Source: Octopus sinensis (Eukaryota). Taken from it: a stretch of 64,000 nt of DNA. Both the position numbers and the translations under genes were made by a program. Under the pieces are notes generated by a model. The model was not told the DNA's origin and made no database searches. It saw nothing but the letters and a program-made list of their open reading frames with translations. This document shows positions 1-64,000 of this stretch, one piece after another (the first letter of the stretch is position 1; each line of letters opens with the position of its first letter). The stretch covers positions 88,350,001 to 88,414,000 of the forward strand of contig NC_043005.1 in the NCBI RefSeq assembly GCF_006345805.1, written 5' to 3'.

Positions 1-7
1 TATAGGG

Positions 8-372
8 GCAGGCATGGCTGTGTGGTAAAAAGTTTGCTTCCCAACCACATGGTTCCGAGTTCAGTCCCACTGTGTGGCACTTTGCCCAAGTGTCTTTTAC
101 CATAGACTCAGGCTGACCAAATCCTTGTAAGTGGATTTGGTAGATGGAAACTTTAAGAAGACTTGTGTATATAGGTATTTATGTATGTCATTGTGTCTGT
201 GCTTGTACCCCATGACTTGGCAGTTCAGCAACTGAGACTGATAGAATAAGTACCTGACTTTAAGGAGTAACCACAATAAGCACTGTAGTCAATTCGTTTG
301 ACTAAAATTCTTCGAGGTGGTGCCCCTGCAAGGCCACAGTCATGTGACTGAAGCAAGTGAAAGATAAAAGAT
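8..372 (+). mobile_element. tRNA-derived CORE-like SINE (about 15 copies, e.g. 7330-7710, 20680-21115, 29700-30020, 53540-54200)
   Basis: A-box tggctgtgtgg, B-box g(a/g)ttcagtccc, CORE-like cac(c/t)ttg(g/c)(g/c)caagtgtctt, internal (TA)/(TG) tract, 3' end ...gactgaa.caagt.aaaga(t). Confidence 0.75.
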
Positions 373-789
373 CTGAGCTTGCACCCCAAAGTTGTAGACT
401 TTGCTTTTCATCTCGCCAGGGTTAATGTCAAAATAAGTTTCAGTAAAGTAGTGAGATCAGTTTTAATTGCTTCTACTCAGAGAACAACAATTTATAAAGC
501 CTATTAGCAACAAATTATATTGCTGTACTTTCACTCCTGGGACTCTTGTTTATACTTAAGTGTTTACATTTATTTATTTGCACAACAGTGTTATTTTACT
601 AAGATCCCTTTTTATTTTTTCGTATATTTTTATGTGAATTCCTTGCAATTTGTTTTGAATAGTAAAATTCCTGAATTCATCATTAACATTACTAAACCTT
701 CACAGTCCCATCTTCTGGATGGAATAATGTTGTCATGTATTGCTGTCTTTCCTTTTCTTTCCATTCACTTTCTTCCTCTCTCTCTCTCT

Positions 790-3700
790 TTCATCATCAT
801 CCATCACTTTGAATTCAGGTTTTGTCCTCGTTAAAAGGAGTGGCCAGATCTACCTCAATGCCATAGCAACCACCCTCACACCATCTTGCCCAGTATTGGG
901 CATTCCTCCCTTCTCAAGCCAACCCTCCCAATCTCCTCCTCCTTCTGTCCTCTCCACATTTTCTACAGTTCACCTGGCTTTCGCTGTCCATTTACCTCCA
1001 ACACATTCACCCTCTTCAGAACAAGCTCCTCATCCCTCCTCAACACATGCCCATACCACCTCACTCCATTCACCCTTGCCAACCATTCCACCAATTCCTC
1101 CAAACCCAGCATCCCCATCAAGTCCTCAGTCCTCCTCTTATCAAACAGCTTCACCCCACACATTTCTCTCACCATTGTTCTCTCATTCCTTCTCAAAATT
1201 GCCATCACTCTCTCGCTCAGACACCATGTCTCACTCCCATACAGCATTGCAGCTCTCACACAACTCCTCTAGACCTCTTCTTTCATCTTCAATGAGAACC
1301 TTTTCCCATGTAACAACACTCCACATTCCCAGAATCACCCAGCCAAGTCCCGCTCTTGCTGTCACAGCTGCTTCACATCCACCCTATCTCCCAAATAACA
1401 AAACACTTTCACCATCTCCACCTCATCACATAGTGTTTCCACTGACTTTGCCAGCCCTCCAGCTCCTTTCTGACATCTTCCACAAACTCTCTTACCAGTC
1501 TTGGGGTCACCTTCTTCATTTACATACATCTACCAGGAATCCATTTCTCACATCTCGTACACAACATCACATTTGCCATTACCCTCCTCCCGCATACACC
1601 ATTTGGATCCACTTTATTCACTAACACTTCTCCTTCCACCCTGCTCACCATCACCTTTGTCTTCCCAAGGTACACCTTCAAACCCTTGCTTTCAAACACC
1701 TCCTTCCATTTCCAAAACTTCTCCCTCAATCCCTCCATTGTCTCACTCATCAGAACAAGCTCATCTGCATACAGTATCTCCATCATCTTGCACTCTCCAA
1801 CACCACATCAACCACTATTGCAAACAATGATGGTGACAACACAGATCCCTGATCTGATACACACCAACTTTCACTGCAAACTCTTCCAACAGCTCTGGTC
1901 CATCTCTAACTCTTGACTTTACCCCCTCATACAAATTCATCACTGGCCTCGCTATGACCCCTAGTTCACTTCTCTTCCTCAATGTCCACTCAATCACTTT
2001 CTATGGAACCCTATCAAATGCCTTCTCCAGATCAACAAACCAAATGTACAACTCCTTATTTCAGTATTCTTCTTGCAATCTCCTTACAATGAACATTGCA
2101 TCTATTGTCCCCCTTCCTGGCATAAAACCAAATTGCATCTCATCCACATCCATCCCTTCCAAATTCTCCTCTCCGACACCCTTTCCCCTATCTTCATTGC
2201 ATATTCCAATAGCTTTACTCCTCTATTTGCTCCACAACTCATCACATCCCCTTTTCCCTTGAAGATCGGTACCTCCACACTTAGTGCCCAATCATCTGGC
2301 ATTCCTCTTCCATCCAGCACACCCTGGCAGAGCTCCATCATCACAACAATCCCTATCTCTCCACTTGCAGTTATCATTTCCACACTTACTTCTGATGGAC
2401 CTATCCTCTTTTCATTTCCTTCATTGCCTCCACTACTTCTTCTCGACTAACCCTCTCCACTGGCCCCTTCACCACAGCAACTTCCATCCTCTGATCCCAT
2501 TCATAATTCCCTCCATATGCACCTTCCAAACTCTTCCTCTGTCCTTCTCACTAAAATTCAACCTTCCATCACTCCCCCTCATGCATCTTCCTCCCTCAAC
2601 ATCTCTTCCATCTTTTTTCATTGATTTAATAAACCTAAACATTATCTAGGTTCTCATCCAGCCCACTCAACTTCTCCTCAGCCTCCTTCCACAGAGATCT
2701 CACAACCACCCTCTTTGCACGATTCTTCATGCTATTATACCTGGCTTTCATTTGCTCAGTCCTATTATTACATAAAGCTTTGTGTGCCTCCTCCTTCCTC
2801 GCTATCGCATCCCTCACCTCCTCATTCCACCACCACGTATCTCCTAAATCCCTCATACCCTTCGTCTTTCCACACACTATGTCACATCCCTTTAGTACTC
2901 CTTCTTTAAAGGACTTCCACACATCCGGTGCATCATTGCTTACCAACTCCCTAACTCTCTCCTCAAACCTTACTCTTGTTTCTTCTTCCTTCAGTTTCCA
3001 CACCTTCCTCCTCTCAACCGTTCCCTTTCTCACACACATTTTAACTTCCCTCTTATCCAAGTCAGCAATCACCAACCTGTGCTGCAACTCCCCCTGGTAT
3101 TGTCTTCACATCTCTCAGATATTTTCTCTTTTTCCTGCCAACCAACACAAAATCAATCTATCTCATTCCCTCCTGCACTGAAAGTCACTTTCCTTTTCTC
3201 TCTTTTCCTCAACCACATATTCACCACACACAATTTTTTCTCAATTGCAAAACTCCAGCAGCATCCTTCCTTCTGAATTTCTCTCTCCAATTCCATTTCC
3301 CCTCAAAGTCCTGGATCCATTTCCCCAACATGTCCAAAACCAATTCATCTACCTTTTGTAAGTCCCACTCATTTGCCATTTCATCAAAGAACTACCCTTT
3401 CTCAGCGATCCCTCTTCCACTTTGCAGACCATACCCACAAATCACCCTCACCACTTCTTCCTCAAATGCTAACACCACTGTGGTCACTCTTTCTCCTGAC
3501 CTCCACCACCTTCTCACTGATTTCTTCCTTCACCTAAACTCCAACACCTCCAGTCCCCTTGCTATTTCCTGACCACCACAACTTATACCTTCTTCCCTTG
3601 ACCCTCACATATCTTGTACTATGGCCCCTCCACCTAGCCTCCTGCACACAGCACACATCCACCTGCCTCTTCCTTGATTCCTCACACAGACTGCCCCACA

Positions 3701-3910
3701 TTCCGACTTCCCAGCCTCACCCCAAGCTTCTCCTCAGGCCATTGGTCATCTTCATATGCCTTACCTACAGTCATAAGCAATCATGGATTTCCATACCTTT
3801 TTGTCCCACTCGTAACAGATCAGTTTTTATTCTTGACGTATTGGATGGCCACACCTCACTTATCTCTTCCCTTTTGGGCTTGGTTTCTATGACTAGGTAC
3901 CCATCCTACA
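790..3910 (-). mobile_element. Near full-length, decayed RTE-clade LINE (AP endonuclease + reverse transcriptase)
   Basis: Minus-strand fragments read VDVCCVQE and GERNSEGRMLLEFC (APE, about 3100-3750), QHRLVIAD, WALSVEVPIFKGKGD, LYADELVL (RT), AMLYGSETW, RWYGHVLR; short (GAT)n tail near 790-803; many frameshifts and stops. Confidence 0.9.
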
Positions 3911-4417
3911 ACCATCCACTTAACACTATATCAGGTGTATTTTGTCATGGTACCAACACTAGAAGAGTTGTTAGTTGTCACATCTTGGCATGTAAATAGC
4001 ACCATTCAAGCTTGGTTGAAGCCAGTGCTGCCTGACTGGGCCTTGTGCTGGTGGCATGTAAAAAGCACCCGCTACACTCTCAGAGTGGTTGGTGTTAGGA
4101 AGAGCATCCAGCTGTAGAAACCTTGCCAGATCAGACTGGAGCTTGGTGCAGCCTCTTGGCTTGCCAGTCCTCAGTCAAACTGTCCAACCCATGCCAGCAT
4201 GGAAAGCGGATGTTAAACGATGATGATGATAAAAACTAAAAGATCTCAACCTTCCATTTTCTCCACTCATTCACCCACTATTTGACTTGGTGCATTTAAT
4301 TGTGGCACCAGCACTGGTGAGGTTATTCTGTTAGTTACCAGACAAAAGATTAGTCCTCACTGCTCTGCAGTGTCTTTGTTTGTTCTGGGCAACATGACTA
4401 GCAGTGTGGATAGAAGA

Positions 4418-4599
4418 CAAGTGCCTTTTATGTGTCACTGGCATAAGTGCCTCTTACATGTCACTGGCACAAGTGCCTTTTACGTGTCACTGGCACAAGT
4501 GACTTTTACGTGTCACTGGCACAAGTGACTTTTACGTGTCACTGGCACAAGTGACTTTTACGTGTCACTGGCACAAGTGACTTTTATGTGTCAGTGGTA
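4418..4599. repeat. 7 x 26-bp tandem repeat
   Basis: caagtg(a/c)cttttacgtgtcactggca repeated seven times. Confidence 0.95.
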
Positions 4600-6183
4600 C
4601 TAGTTACAACTGGTTGATTTCTGCAACTAAACTTTTTCAAAGTAGTGCCCCAGCATGGCAGCAGTCTAATGACTGAAACAAGTAAAAGATAAATAAATAA
4701 ATGCTCATCTCTACATTCCCAAGAAACAGTTCCTCTTTTCAATAACTCTTGTATCAAATGATGTAAAGCTTTTGGTTCTGTGTCTGCCCAGTACCTTCCC
4801 TAAACACATAATATCAAGTTCCTACTTAGTTCCATTACTACACACTGAGCAAAACCATTTTCTAGAGCAAGTGGTGCTAGGTTCAAATTTGTTTTGGTCT
4901 AACACTTACTGGAATGTTACCTATCATATGACAGGTGACTTTAGTCATATACTTTTGCCACCATGGGTTGTCAGAAAATATGGCCTACACAATAATCACC
5001 ATTGAACTTTGATCAAATTTCTTGGTGCTTGTACTAAATGATGAAATGAATACATGTTTCAAATTAATAAATATTTATCATCTTAAAGGCAGCAAGCTGT
5101 CAGAATCGTCAGCACACTGACAAAATGTTCAGTGTTATTTTGTCCTGCTTTATTTACTGAGTTCAAATTCTGTCGAGGCTGACTTTGTTTTTCATTTTCT
5201 CGGGGTCAGTGAAATAAGAAGTACCAACTAAACACTGGGGTCAATGTAACTGACTTACCCCTCACCCTGAAATTGCTGGCCTTCTGCCAAAATTTGAAAC
5301 TATTATTAATTACCTTAAAATAAAATTAAATAATGACACCAGTGCCCCCTGACTGCCTCCCATGCCGGTGGCATGTAAAAAGCACCCACTACACTCTCAG
5401 AGTGGTTGGCATTAGGAAGGGCATCCAGCTGTAGAAATGTTAGCACACCGGGCAAAATGCTTAGCAGTATTTCATCTTCCATTATGTTCTGAGTTCAAAT
5501 TCTGCCGAGGTCAACTTTGCCTTTCATCCTTTCGGGGTCGATAAATTAAGTACCAGTTACACACTGGTGTCAATGTAATCAACTTAATCCCTTTGTCTGT
5601 CCTTGTTTGTCTATGTTTAGCCCCATGTGGTCAATAAAGAAATAAGAAACATTGCCAGATCAGATTTGTAACCTGGTGCAGCCTTCTGGCTCACCAGTCC
5701 TCAGTCAAACCATCCAACCCATGCCAGCATGGAAAGTAGACATTAAATGATGATGATGAAAGCAAAATATTGACTTACGTATTCATTCTTAATGAACTTT
5801 GGCAGATTCAAACATAACTATGATGGTTACTGTTGGACTCTTCTCTCTACAGAAAACAACTTCTTATTTCTCATTTGTATAATGCCTTCCATAAATACTC
5901 TGTCCTTCACTCCTTCCTCTCTTCCTCTATGACCCTTTCTCCCTCATTCTGTATGTGTGTGTTTATCATTTTTTTTACTCATTACATGCCATCAAGCCTA
6001 GTATGTGCACTCATCCTGCTCCTCTTGTGTTAACTCTCTCTCTTATCTTCTCTCTAAACAATGTAAACGCATGATTCTAGAAATCAACCACCCAACATAA
6101 ATACAACATACATCAACTACTTCACTATAACGATTACCAATTCCCAATTTCTTTTTTTTTTCCTCAAATTGCAGGTATAGTTG

Positions 6184-62422
<56,239 letters not shown>

Positions 62423-64000
62423 GTAAATAGCAAAACCTTCAGATTTACACGTATTCGATTATTACACACACACATACACATTATATGCCTATACAAACGC
62501 ATATACATGCATATATGTCATTTGATAAGGAAAAAAAAACCTACTTGCAAAGAGTCCACCCATGACCATCATGTATTTTTTCAGCGCTTTTGAGTAATTC
62601 AATGTTTTCTGTTTAAAATAGTAAAGTTTGATTTGAGGGAGACTTGGCTGCTATTTTTCGTTTGCCAATCAACTAAATGAAAATCTCCCCTCATATATAT
62701 ATATATATTATCATCATCATCGTTTAACGTCTGCTTTCCATGCTGGCATATGTTGGACAGTTTGACTGACAGGTAGCAATGGTATCTCATTTTTCAGCTT
62801 CACTCACAACTCAAGCAGCTGCTTGGTTGCAATAAGGTTTAGAAATCCTACCACAGTTAGCTTTGTCATTTCTATCCTTTTGGCACTCAACCGTTCCCCA
62901 CCCCCACCATTATATTTCTGACCTTAGGCTTACATTTAAAATAAACATTCAAGCAACTTCTTATTGTAACCATCATATCTTTTACAAAATCATCATCATC
63001 ATCATTTAACGTCCGTTTTCCATGCTAGCATGGGTTGGACGGTTCGACCGGGGTCTGGGAAGCCAGAAGGCTCCAGTCTGATCTGGCAGTGTTTCTACAG
63101 CTGGATGCCCTTTCTAACGCCAACCACTCCGTGGGTGTAGTGGGTGCTTTTTACATGCCACCGACACAGGTACCAGGCGAGGCTGGCAACGGCCGCAATC
63201 AGGTGGTGCTTTTTACGTGCCACCAGAACGGAAGCCAGTCTAGGCGGCGCTGGTATCGGCCACGTTTGAATGGTGATTTTTACGTGCCACCGGCACAGGG
63301 ATCACAACTACAATTTCCATTGATTTTTGATGTTGATGTACTTGACTCAATAGGTCTCCTCAAGCACATGGTCGAAACAGTGTTTCTTTACTTGCCACCT
63401 GCACAGGAGTTAGTCCAGTGGCACTGGCAACGACCGGGTGCCAGTCATCGAATTTGGTTCAATTTCGATATCACTTGCCCCAATAGGTCTTCGCAAGCAG
63501 AGTTTAGTGTCCAGTGAAAGGAGGTTGGCACGGGTGCTAGTCGTCGGATGTGGTTTGATTTTAAACTTTACATTGTTGTCACTCCACCTCTTGCTTTTAT
63601 AGAACATGTAACGTTACTTTAAACTTTCTGCTAATTTCTTTGATGCCAATGTTGTGTTCTTGTTGCTGTTTCAAAAAAATCTTCATATTAAGAACTTACT
63701 GAATACAACAATTTCTAAACTACCAAAATAGCGACATTTTTTCAAGCCATTAATGTTGAAATAGTTTTCTTATCTCTCTCTCTGTTTGCTTTGTTTAATT
63801 TCTCTATTTGAATCTTATGTCTTGGGAGGGTCATTACTCCAATAAGAATGCCACACACACATGAGTTCAAGATCACTTCTTTCTTGTTAGTCAATTTGTT
63901 AAGTATCTAAGTGATCTTTTTTTTTTTTAATATGCTGCTTTTAAACAATCAATCAACTGTTAGTGAAAGTCCTTTCGTCATTACTTGCAACCTCTTTAGT

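Noticed and set aside
740-1624. 294-aa Ser/Pro/His-rich ORF on the + strand
   Set aside because: Antisense shadow of the purine-rich RTE coding strand; low complexity and no splice or homology support.

Overview
Eukaryotic, AT-rich, repeat-dense genomic DNA, most likely from an octopus (inferred from the repeat landscape; not verifiable here). The window is occupied by one gene on the + strand, PAN2 (catalytic subunit of the PAN2-PAN3 deadenylase). I reconstructed 24 coding exons by hand (6184-62422, all GT-AG, phases consistent, 3387 nt = 1129 codons) covering the WD40, pseudo-USP/UCH and most of the DEDD nuclease domain; the last exon(s) lie beyond the window. Introns hold RTE-type LINE fragments of several families, roughly 40 copies (manual count) of a (GAT)n-tailed LINE 3' end, several tRNA-derived SINE families, piggyBac/hAT/Tc1-type MITEs, an R4/Dong-like endonuclease fragment, a 751-bp tandem duplication and many microsatellites. 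Highlights: (1) a frame-locked PAN2 exon encoding a Nab2/ZC3H14-type CCCH zinc finger inside the pseudo-USP domain; (2) two unrelated foldback repeat elements carrying minimal type-I hammerhead ribozyme motifs, one joined to a tRNA-derived Pol III head; (3) a modular hairpin repeat in the LINE 3'UTR that appears to seed 26-bp minisatellites and a 1.3-kb higher-order array. Repeat coordinates are approximate; family names come from motif recognition, not database searches.
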